DNA from: Hydrolagus colliei
Taxonomy: Eukaryota
Length of the DNA: 64,000 nt
Direction: 5' to 3'
Assembly (NCBI GenBank): GCA_035084275.1
Contig: CM068771.1
Span: 3,968,001 to 4,032,000, forward strand
Numbering within the stretch: the first letter of the stretch is position 1; each line of letters begins with the position of its first letter. The notes beneath the pieces were generated by a model. That model ran no database searches. It saw nothing but the letters and a program-made list of their open reading frames with translations, and was not told the origin of the DNA. The translations under genes and the position numbers were made by a program. Of the stretch, positions 54,618 to 64,000 are shown piece after piece.

Positions 54618-55175
54618 TGAGTAGGGCCACTGACTGTGAATCTCTGGTTTATAACAAACAATGGATTTTTCAGTCACACTGACTCAGACAAACTCTGTCA
54701 ATAGGCAGTCACTGAGATAATAATAAATTCTGACAAAGTAGAAGTCGTCATTTTACAGGGTCAAGTCGAAATGACAAATGACTTGAGGGATCTTGGGAGA
54801 TAAAATAATTATTCGGGAAGTTCATCGGCAAATCTCTCAAACTCAGGTCAGGTTATCCGTCAGCTGCTGAAGGTTAGAGACATTAACTGAAAATTCATCT
54901 GAAGATTGTAAATAGTTCTCTGTTGCAGGCAGCAAAGTCAGCCTGCCTCAGTTAGTACCACTGTAGCTCTAAATCAGAAGGTTTGGGGGATCCAAACCCC
55001 ACAACAGGTCACTGAGCTCATACTCTAGGTTGACAAACCAGGGTAATGCTGGGGGGAGGAGAACTACATTGTCACAGTTGCTGTCCTTCATATGAGATTG
55101 TTAAACTGAGATCCTGTTCATAGTAAAATCATATTTCATTTCAGGAAATAATTTGAGACACTTACCTACCTATGT
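54618..55175 (-). pseudogene. Remnant of a duplicated BTN 5' region (exon-1 donor plus start of IgV exon)
   Basis: 54618-54720 aligns to 47191-47300; 55140-55168 aligns to 49640-49668. Confidence 0.6.
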
Positions 55176-55789
55176 TTTGAATCAAAATAGAAGAATCATC
55201 ACAGTTACAAGTTTAAATTAAAAGCGTGTCCAGGATAGCAAAGCCAAGAGTCTATTCCTGCTTTCAGGATTTTGTCAGGAATCACATTATAGGCTCAGCA
55301 ATAGGGAAAGGCCATTTCAAATATTCCATACACAATGTGGAATGGGAAAACGACTTGCGATTTCAAATGTTAATCTTGACAATAGTTCATCAGTTGCCAT
55401 CAGTAAAGAGCATTCCTGCTCTGAGACACGTCGTTATATGCTCCCATTTTCCTGGAATAGTCTTCAATGTTATGATTGTAATAATGTTATCAGGCCATAG
55501 GAGCTTTCCCCCCACCCCTCCCCCACCCCCCTTTTTTTTCCCCATCACAATCATAACTCCAGACACCCCTTGCCTCTCTGGTGTTTTCTTTGTTCTATCA
55601 CCACTAAACACCTCTTCTCCCCAGTTTTGTTTAAACCCACCCCCTTCCGTTTCTCCCCTTGAAATCGTTAACACATATTCAACCCGTCAGTTAACACACT
55701 CTTTTTTTGTTTTCCTTTGTCTTCCTTGTCTCCTTTGTCTTCCTTGTCCTGCTTCTCCCCCTTCAACGTCCTTAAGAAACCTCTCCCTC

Positions 55790-55930
55790 CAAACGAGCCC
55801 CAGTTCTGACAAAGTGTTGCAGACCCGAAACGTTGACTCCTTTTCCTTTCTCCATGGATGCTGCCTGACCTGCTGAGTTTCCTCAGTGACTTATGTTTTC
55901 GTTTCAGATTCCCAGCATCTGTAGTATTTT
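55790..55930 (+). mobile_element. Penelope-like pseudo-LTR fragment
   Basis: TTCTGACAAAG...GACCCGAAACGTTGAC...GATGCTGCCTGACCTGCTGAG resembles a repeat I recall as abundant in chondrichthyans. Confidence 0.5.
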
Positions 55931-56182
55931 GTGTTGTGTTTTGTAACAATGTTTGCATTTGATACAGCAAGATTCATGTCTCGCGACTTTCATCAAATAG
56001 AATTTCACTGTAAAGTTTAATGGCTTTACAAAAAACATATTAATCAAGAGGCATCATTACATGGCCTAAAGGACTGTATAATGTCAGTGAATGTGATATA
56101 AACACAGGTCTAATACTTTGCTGTGCGGGTGGTGTAGTCACCATCTGCTGGTGGAACCACAGCAGGTCTCAGCTCCACCTTC

Positions 56183-57030
56183 TGATAATAATAATACTGT
56201 ATAATAATCCTTGCATTTGATACAGCACTTTTCACATCTTATTGACGTCTCAAAGCGCCTCACAGAATATACTGTAAAGTGAAGTGACTGTATATATTTT
56301 GTGGGCAAAACGCGGCGGCCAACTGCGCACAGCAGAAAAAACATACTGGATATTAGGATTTATAAATAGGGGAAGAGAAGATCAAACTCAAGAGGTTATG
56401 ATGAATATAAAATGCTGGTTGAGCTTCAGTTCTGGACACACACCACTTTAGGAAAGATGTTGAGGCTTTGGAGAGAGGGTACAAAAGCAGATTTACCGGG
56501 ACGATACCAGGAATGAAGGAGAGATCAGCGAAACTAGGATTCATTCTCAAGATCATGAGGGAATTGGATAAATTGAACTGGGAAAAACTTATTTCCACTG
56601 GTATGTGGGTCAGGAATCCGAGGACATTGATTTAAGATCGTTGTTAAAAGAAACAGAGGGGAGGTTTGGAAAAAAACATTTCACAAAACAAGTTCAGATC
56701 TGGAATGCATTACCTGAAGGGCAGCGGCAGCCGATTCAATAAAAACGTTTAAGAGATAAGTAGATAATAATAATAATAATAAGACTAATAATACTTGCAT
56801 TTGATGTTGCGCTTTTCACATCCTATTGACGTCTCAAAGCGCTTCACGGAATATACTGTAAAGTGAAGTGACTGTATATTTGTGGGTGTTTGGGGAAGTC
56901 AAGATTGAAGGGCTATGGAGAGAAAATGGGCTGGTGGGATTGAGTTGCACAGCTCTTTTCAGAGCTGGTGCAGACACGAAGGGCAAATGGCCTCCTTCAG
57001 TGCTGTTTGATTTTATGATTCTATATAATT
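56183..57030. mobile_element. SINE tails (56183-56340 -, 56765-56890 -) and CR1 fragments (56365-56765 +, 56905-57030 +)
   Basis: Reverse-complement SINE core and tail; CR1 CAGTTCTGG..CACCACTTTAGGAAAGATG and GGCCTCCTTCAGTGCTG. Confidence 0.7.
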
Positions 57031-57111
57031 CCATCCCCCGCCCCCCCGCCCCTTGTAATTCAAGCTCACCCCACCCTCCATCTTGTATTCTCATAGACAA
57101 GAGAAAGACAA

Positions 57112-60100
57112 TCACATGGAAACTTGGGAAAACCACTGGCAGATTTTCATCGGCTCTGAGTTTACACCGTCATAATTATACCCGGGATTGAAGAGAGGAT
57201 ACAGTCTCTCAGTGAAAGTTTGGGTGAAAGTGTGGAGATGAGACATGTTGTCAGCATTGTAAAATGACACCTGTCCCCCCTCATAGTCCAGGTAAACTCC
57301 GACCTTCCCGGGTCTCACTGTCAGGGGCAGGCGGGTGGGGGGTGACGTCAAGGCACTGAAAACCCCGCCCATCAACCACATCCCCCAGACCCCAGTTTCT
57401 GGTGACAATGTAATTGATTGTTTCCTGTTGACAGACTCTCTGGCCAATCCCACAGTCCACCATGTCTTGTTGTAAACCAACACCTCCCAGTAATGTCTCC
57501 CTGATGTGAAGCCCTCAGATCCCAGGACAATGAGATAGTTACCAAACCTCTTTGGGGTGTCAGGGAGCGGCTGCCGTTTGTCTCGGACTCTCACACTGGT
57601 CAGGTCCTCAGACAGGATGAGCTGAGGATGGGCTGTGTCAGGATCCAGTGTCAGAGAGGCCGGAGCTGAGAGAGAGAGAGAAAAAATCGCTTTTGGTGAA
57701 AACGCTCACACAGCAAACTACTGCGGTACTACAAGAGTAAAGAGCCCTGGGCTGGGGCCCTGCGGTGACATTTCATTGCCAACAATGTTTAATGTGTTAG
57801 GATCCAGGTGAAGGTCAGACTATTCACACACCTTCAGTCTGAGAATGGGAGACATTTACCTGGGCTGAGGCTGGGTATCATCTCTCTCCAGGCTGTGTAC
57901 TGTACAGGCCCTTTGTATATTCCCACAGGCAGATCACCCTCAGATACTGACAGCACAAAGTCATCATCACTGATCCTGAAATAAGAGACGTTCACATTAT
58001 CAAGTGAAACTACACATTGTGTTTGGTTTGTGTATTAAATTCTGGGGATATTTTGTAAAGAACATTTCATACCTTCTCTTACGGGCACTTTCCTCCTAAT
58101 GAAATAAAACACAGACAGATCTGAGCTGACACTGAGACACAACATTGTAAAATGGGATACACAGGATAAAATTCTACACCACACAGTTTACTGTAGTTAC
58201 TACAGGAATGTTAGTCACTCAATGTTGTCTACAAAGTACAGAAAATTCAGATATAAAATGGTGTTTGTGTGGTTATAGGCACAGTGAAACCAGCTTACAG
58301 ACACACACTCACACTCAGTTACTTACAGATAGAATATTAACAATATTAACAGGATTACACTGTATTTAGAAGGTAAACACAATATTCTCACACAGATAAA
58401 TAAAAGTTAATCTCAGAATAAACACAGCTGAAGTGTCCCTGGATGTTAGCTTTGCAGGGACACTGTAGACCCTGGGAGTGACTGATGTGGGTTTATCTGT
58501 AGTGAGTGATAGCAGCAGAGTCAAGATCAGAATATAGATTCATAGATTCATAGAATTTTACGGCACAAAAGGAGGCCATTCGGCCCATCTAGTCTGTGCC
58601 GGCTCTTTGAAAAGAGCGATTCAATCCCACTGCCCTGCCCGCTCCCCATAGCCTAATAGACCCGTTCTCCCTAAATAAAGATCTAATTCCCTTTTAAAAG
58701 TTGTTATCGAATCAGCCTCCACCACCTTTTCAGACAATGCATTCCAGATTCGAACAACTCGCTGAGTGAAAAAATTTCTCCTCAGCTCCCCTCTACTTCG
58801 CCTTGAAACTATTTTAAATCTGTGACCATGAGTCACAGATTCACCCACGAGTGGAAATAGTTTTTCTCTATTTGCCCTGTCGAAACCCCTCATGATCTTA
58901 TAAACCTCTATTAGGTCTCCCCTCAATCTTCTCTGCTCCAGAGAGAATAACCCTAGTCTATCTAGCCTCTCCTCATAGCTGAAGTCCCTCAATCCTGGCA
59001 CCATCCGAGTAAATCTTCGTTGTACCCTTTCCAATGCCTTCACATCCTTTCTGCAGTGTGGTGACCAGAATTGAACACAGTATTCCAGCTGAGGCCTCAC
59101 CAAAGTCCTATTGAGCACTTCCTGACTTTTGTACTCTATACCCCTATTTATAAAGCCTAGTATCCCATATGCCTTCTTAACAGCCTTGTCTACCTGTCCT
59201 GCCACCTTCAACAAGTCACTAACACAAATCCCCAGGTCTCTCTGTTCCTTTACACCATTTAAAATTGTACTATCTAGCCTATATTGCCTCCCTTCATTTC
59301 TTCTCCCAAAATGCATCACCTCACACTTCTCTGCATTAAACTTCATCTGCCATGTGTCTGCCCACTTTACCAATTTGTCTATATCCTCTTGCAGATGGCT
59401 ACTATCCTCCTCACTGTTTACTATTCTCCCTAACTTAGTGTCATCTGCAAACTTGGAAACTGTACTCCGTACACCCAAGTCCAGATCATTGATGTAGATT
59501 ACAAACAGCAATGGTCCCAAAACTGATCCCTGTGGCACACCACTGCTCACTTCCCTCCAATCTGAAAAACAGCCGCTCACTACAACTCTCTGCTTTCTGT
59601 CTCGCAGCCAGTTGTGGATCCACGCTGCCACTGTCCCTTTTACGCCATGGGCCTTTAATTTCATAATAAGTCTCTTATGTGGCACTTTGTCAAATGCCTT
59701 TTGAAAGTCCATGTAAACTACATCAACTGCGCTACCATTATCCACCCATTCCGTTACCTCATCAAAAAATTCTATCAGATTTGTAAGGCAAGATTTGCCT
59801 TTAACAAATCCATGTTGACTGTCCTTTATTAGCCTATATCTTTCTAAGTGAAGATCTACCTTGTCCCTGATTATGGACTCTAGAAGTTTGCCCACTACCG
59901 ACGTTAGACTGACTGGTCTGTAGTTACCAGGCTTGTCCTTCTGCCCCTTTTTATACAAGGGAGTAACATTAGCTATCCTCCAGTCCTCTGGCACGACCCC
60001 TGTGTCCAAGGAAGATTGAAAGATCGTGGCCAGAGTCCCTGCTATTTGCTCCCGTGCCTCACTTAGTAACCTAGGGTGCATCCCATCCGGACCAGGTGAC

Positions 60101-62906
60101 TTATCCACCTTGAGCGACGTCAACCTTTTTAGCACTTCCTCTCTGGTTATAATTATTCTATCCATTTCTCCTACCCTCTCCTCTAATACCATGGCATTGG
60201 CTGTATCATTTTCTTTTGTGAAGACAGAGGCAAAGTACTCATTCAGTACATCAGCCATGCCCTCTGCCTCCACAATGAGATTTCCTCCTAGGTCCCTAAT
60301 TGGCCCCACCCTCTCCTTGACCAACCTTTTACTCTTAATATGTTGGTAAAAAACCTTAGGGTTCCCCTTAATCTTACTCGCTAATTGTTTTTCATGCAGT
60401 CTCTTTGCCCCTCTAACTTCCTTTTTTAGTTCTATCCTACACTTCCTATATTCTGCTTTGTTCCCTTCTGAATTTTGAGCCTGACACTTATCATAAGCCT
60501 CTTTTTTTTGTTTTATTTTGGCCCCGATTTCCTTAGTCATCCAGGGAGGTTTGGATGCCTTACATTTCACCTTTGTGGGGATGCTTTTGACCTGTGCCTG
60601 AACTATCTCCTCTTTGAACGCTGCCCACTGCTTGTTAGTTGTCTTACCTGCCAATTTTTCTTTCCAATCCACCTTGGCTAGGTCCCACCTCAACTCATTG
60701 AAATTAGCCCTTTTCCAGTTGAGTGTCCTCACCTGTGATCGTTCCTTATCCCTTTCCATAATTATTCTGTATCTAACGATATTGTGGTCACTATTCCCTA
60801 GATGCTCACCTACAGAAACCCGTTGAACTTGCCCTACCTCATTTCCCAAAACAAGATCCAGCAATGCTTCTTTCCTCGTTGGACTGGAAACATACTGATC
60901 AAGAAAGTTGTCCTGCACACACTTCAGGAATTCTTCTCCCTCCTTGCCCTTTACTCTACTATTCTGCCAGTCTATGTTGGGATAGTTGAAGTCACCCATT
61001 ATCACTACTCTATTAGCTCTGCATTTCTCCGTGATACGCTTGCAGATCTGCTTGTCTATCTCCTCCCCACTATTTGGTGGTCTATAGTATACCCCTAACA
61101 GTGTAACTGCACCTTTTTTATTCCTCATTTCTAACCAGATAGATTCGGTTTTTAGTCCTTCTTCCACCTCGTTCCTTTCTAAGGCAGTCACTGAGTCCTT
61201 AACTAAAATTGCCACCCCGCCCCCTTTTCTCCCTTCTCTATCCCTCCTGAATACATTATAACCAGGAATGTTCAACTCCCATTCCTGCCCATGCTGGAGC
61301 CAAGTCTCTGTTACTGCTATAACATCATATCGCCTCGCAGCAACCTGAGCCTGCAGCTCACCAATTTTATTTCTCAAACTTCGTGCATTTACATACATGC
61401 ACTCTAAGGCACAAATTACTTCCTCTGCATTTTTCTCCCGTCTTACCTTTACCCCTGTCCTCTTTGTTACCCCTCCCATATTTGAACTACTGATCAGTTT
61501 CCCACCCTCACCCCCCGGGATTAGTTTAAAGCCCCCCCCCACAAAACTCGACAACCTCCCTGCAAGGAGATTGGTTCCAGCCCTGTTCAGGTGTAACCCA
61601 TCCATTTTGTACAGGTTCCACCTACCCCAGAATTGGTCCCAATGGTCTAGGAACCAGAAACCCTCCTTCCTACACCACTTCTCCAGCCATGCATTGATGT
61701 GCCTTATTCTAGCATTCTGGAACTGGCTTGCTCGAGGCACTGGAAGCAACCCAGAGATCACCACTCTCGAAGTTCCATTTTCCAGTTTACTCCCTAGTCT
61801 CTGGTACTCTCCCTGGAGCATCTCAGGTCTTTTCCTCTCAACTTCATGGGTCCCAACATGGACCACCACAAGTGGAATATATCAAACAATCAATAAAATC
61901 ACTGGACTGTTTAACAGTCAGACTTTTACTTTCTGCTCCAGACAGTGTGTAACTTTTATTGAACTCAATTATAATTTAATTTCTTTACCTGCAGAAAGGT
62001 GAGCGCATCTTTTTCCATCTGTTCCTGTAACGCTGAGAGTTGTTGTTGGACTGAATCTAAATTTCTCTGAATCTCTCGCAGATTATTCTCCATCCGGTGT
62101 AAAATCTCCCCCTCTCGCTGTCTGAGCTCTCGGATTACACGCTGCTCTCTGTCAGTGAGGCTCTGGTGCAGTTTAGCAAACTCAGCCGTGACATTGTTCT
62201 CCAGACTGTTCGCCTGTTCCTGCAAAATGAAGTGTCAGACATCACACTGCGCACGGTAAAGAGAGAAACACGACTGAGATTCTAGACATCAGCCCCAACA
62301 CAACTTACCTTAACTTGTGAGATCTTTTGCTTCTGTTTAACTTCAGCTGCTAGAGCAGCGGCCTTGCTCTGTGTGAGAGAAGCTAAGGAGGATTTCACTT
62401 TCTCCTGGGAAAAAATACAAACGGTGAGAAAAAGCTTATTTATGCAAACACAGACTGAGATCAGACTGAGCAGAATCGATAAGATGGTGTTCTACCTTAC
62501 AAACCTGAACAGCCTCCTGTATTGGTATGAAATTGTGATTTCTGTGTTTCGAAGCATCTCTACAAATCACACAGATCAATTTTTTATCAGTTTGGCAAAA
62601 CAACTTCAGTTCCTTCCGATGCTCCTCACAGTGACGCTGACTGTCCCTCAGTGTCGCAGTCAACTTTAGACGTTGAGCTCTCTCCACCAGTCTCGCCAGA
62701 GCCCGATTAACCTTCAGGTTACTTTTACCAACAACCTGTCGACATTCAGGACAGGAGTTTGTCCCCTGTGTTTCCCAGCTGCATGTGATACAGGAGCGAC
62801 AGTAGTTGTGGCCACACTCCAGGATAACAGGTTCAGTAAAGAGAGCCAGACAAACAGGACAAATTAACTCCTCTGTCCAGCTTTGATCCTGGTGTCTAGA
62901 CGCCAT
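57112..62906 (-). CDS. TRIM protein, RING-B-box2-coiled coil-B30.2 (class IV, TRIM39/A33/NF7-like), 476 aa
   Basis: Exons 62906-62496 (411), 62404-62309 (96), 62219-61989 (231), 58095-58073 (23), 57975-57860 (116), 57665-57112 (554); all GT-AG and in frame; C3HC4 RING CPVC...CGHNYCRSC...CPEC; B-box CEEH...C..C....H..H; LDPDTAH, GRHYWEV. Confidence 0.93.
58537..61874 (-). mobile_element. CR1 LINE, truncated within ORF1, in a TRIM intron
   Basis: 7-bp TSD GAATATA (58530-58536, 61875-61881); tail (ATTCTATG/ATCTATG)n; APE and RT motifs. Confidence 0.95.
58621..61869 (-). CDS. CR1 ORF1 esterase C-terminus fused in frame to ORF2 (endonuclease plus RT), 1082 aa
   Basis: VVHVGT...DGLHLN (SGNH esterase), [36 protein letters not shown]. 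Confidence 0.85.
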   Translation of the reverse strand: MVVHVGTHEVERKRPEMLQGEYQRLGSKLENGTSRVVISGLLPVPRASQFQNARIRHINAWLEKWCRKEGFWFLDHWDQFWGRWNLYKMDGLHLNRAGTNLLAGRLSSFVGGGFKLIPGGEGGKLISSSNMGGVTKRTGVKVRREKNAEEVICALECMYVNARSLRNKIGELQAQVAARRYDVIAVTETWLQHGQEWELNIPGYNVFRRDREGRKGGGVAILVKDSVTALERNEVEEGLKTESIWLEMRNKKGAVTLLGVYYRPPNSGEEIDKQICKRITEKCRANRVVIMGDFNYPNIDWQNSRVKGKEGEEFLKCVQDNFLDQYVSSPTRKEALLDLVLGNEVGQVQRVSVGEHLGNSDHNIVRYRIIMERDKERSQVRTLNWKRANFNELRWDLAKVDWKEKLAGKTTNKQWAAFKEEIVQAQVKSIPTKVKCKASKPPWMTKEIGAKIKQKKEAYDKCQAQNSEGNKAEYRKCRIELKKEVRGAKRLHEKQLASKIKGNPKVFYQHIKSKRLVKERVGPIRDLGGNLIVEAEGMADVLNEYFASVFTKENDTANAMVLEERVGEMDRIIITREEVLKRLTSLKVDKSPGPDGMHPRLLSEAREQIAGTLATIFQSSLDTGVVPEDWRIANVTPLYKKGQKDKPGNYRPVSLTSVVGKLLESIIRDKVDLHLERYRLIKDSQHGFVKGKSCLTNLIEFFDEVTEWVDNGSAVDVVYMDFQKAFDKVPHKRLIMKLKAHGVKGTVAAWIHNWLRDRKQRVVVSGCFSDWREVSSGVPQGSVLGPLLFVIYINDLDLGVRSTVSKFADDTKLGRIVNSEEDSSHLQEDIDKLVKWADTWQMKFNAEKCEVMHFGRRNEGRQYRLDSTILNGVKEQRDLGICVSDLLKVAGQVDKAVKKAYGILGFINRGIEYKSQEVLNRTLVRPQLEYCVQFWSPHCRKDVKALERVQRRFTRMVPGLRDFSYEERLDRLGLFSLEQRRLRGDLIEVYKIMRGFDRANREKLFPLVGESVTHGHRFKIVSRRSRGELRRNFFTQRVVRIWNALSEKVVEADSITTFKRELDLYLGRTGLLGYGERAGQWD

Positions 62907-62934
62907 GTTCACCTTCAATTCCCCCTGGTTGTAA

Positions 62935-62951
62935 CTTTACTTTCAGTTTCC
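62935..62951 (-). promoter_or_regulatory. ISRE-like element just upstream of the TRIM ATG
   Basis: GGAAACTGAAAGTAAAG, 29-45 nt upstream of the ATG. Confidence 0.5.
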
Positions 62952-63094
62952 AATATGTATATGCCCTGCCCAGTGACAGAGTTCACTTCACTCTCTGATC
63001 GATGTATTTTCTCCTTTGGAACTGGGATTGTGAACAAGGTCCAGGATTTAAATTATCCTCGGAAAAGTGATCCGATAATTGACTGCCAATTGGA

Positions 63095-63400
63095 TTCCTG
63101 ATTATGTCCAGGTAAAAAGTGGCATGCAGAGTTGGAATCTTCAAAGCCCTCCATGGACTTGCTTGCCCCCTACCTCTCCAAACTTCTAAGACAAGGCAAA
63201 TTTCTGTCCGCCTCTGCTCGGCAGACACTGGCCTGCTTCATGTCCCCCATACGTCATGCTCCACTATCGGCGGTCGAGCATTTAGCACCGATGCCTCCAC
63301 ACTCCAGAACTCTCTTCCACATTCCTTCTGCTTACCCCTCTCTTGCTCCCACTCTTGCCCCTTTGAAGTCCCATCCAAAGACCTTCCCCCGCAAACAATC
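63095..63400 (+). mobile_element. L2 3' fragment
   Basis: IFKALHGLA...IGGRAFS...LQNSLP. Confidence 0.75.
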
Positions 63401-63771
63401 AGAAACATCAAAACGCTACACTTCATTCTCTTTATACTGCCATCTCCTTCCCCTCCCTTCCTGGCCTCTCTCACTCTCTGACTCCCTCCATCTCTCTTCT
63501 CTCGCAATCACTTAACCGCGCGTTCCAACCCTCAAGATCTGCCTGGAGCTGAATCCCCGTACACCACTATGATCCAACCCAAGGGTCAAGGAATGTACAG
63601 TCCGACTTGAGAGAACTTTTCAATAAAAAAGTTTAAATTTCTGCAACTTTTTTTTACCCGTTTTCTGTGAACACTATTTATCAAGGTATCAATCACCTTC
63701 TTGGTTTGTAAATGACAGTGAGCATTGTGTTCAGGGCTTTACACATCAGCAATTGGTGACAGTGCCTCGGG

Positions 63772-63788
63772 ACTTCCTCCTGACGTCA
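63772..63788. promoter_or_regulatory. ETS (ACTTCCT) plus CRE (TGACGTCA) pair, possible TRIM upstream promoter
   Basis: Adjacent motifs ~870 nt upstream of the TRIM ATG. Confidence 0.3.
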
Positions 63789-64000
63789 GAGGTGCTATAT
63801 GTTGTAGTAATTGGCGTTACTATGTTGTCAGTAATTGGGTTAAAACAAAGGATGAGATTTAATACATCGATAGCGGTCAGCCTCAGAAGCTGCTTATTTC
63901 AGATTAAATGCCCGGCTCTTTCGTGTCCGATTTAACCGGCGTCCATTGTATCCACCCAGTCGGTCAATTTAACCCTCAGTAAATGATTCTGTTTCTGATA

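Noticed and set aside
59129-61098. Plus-strand ORFs antisense to CR1 ORF2 (also 11759-12127)
   Set aside because: Shadow frames of the LINE ORF; no independent features

Overview
Vertebrate genomic DNA, by its L2/CR1/Deu-type SINE and Penelope-like repeats most likely a cartilaginous fish (inference). Two immune-type genes lie on the minus strand. (1) An intact 476-aa RING/B-box/coiled-coil/B30.2 TRIM gene (CDS 62906-57112, six coding exons) with a 3.3-kb CR1 LINE in an intron. (2) A butyrophilin-like gene (signal peptide 48280, IgV, IgC, TM, B30.2 exon at 6576). The key observation is that the ~32.6-kb GT-rich tandem array at 10.7-43.3 kb, which looks like satellite and yields only spurious His/Thr ORFs, lies between the TM exon and the B30.2 exon. 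Its units carry 25 frame-preserving micro-exon cassettes (branch point, pyrimidine tract, AG, 18/24/27-nt exon, GTAAG), all phase 1-1 and stop-free. Spliced together they encode a 153-163-aa E/K/R-rich helical cytoplasmic stalk built mostly of 6-residue units, unlike the 21-nt heptad exons of mammalian BTN and chicken BG genes. The BTN B30.2 exon closely resembles the neighbouring TRIM B30.2 exon but has a ~97-nt deletion and frameshift. A deleted ghost copy of the BTN gene, an antisense SPRY fragment, ISRE/kB-like sites and many L2, CR1, SINE, MITE and hAT remnants fill the rest. All splicing is predicted by eye, not shown by transcripts.
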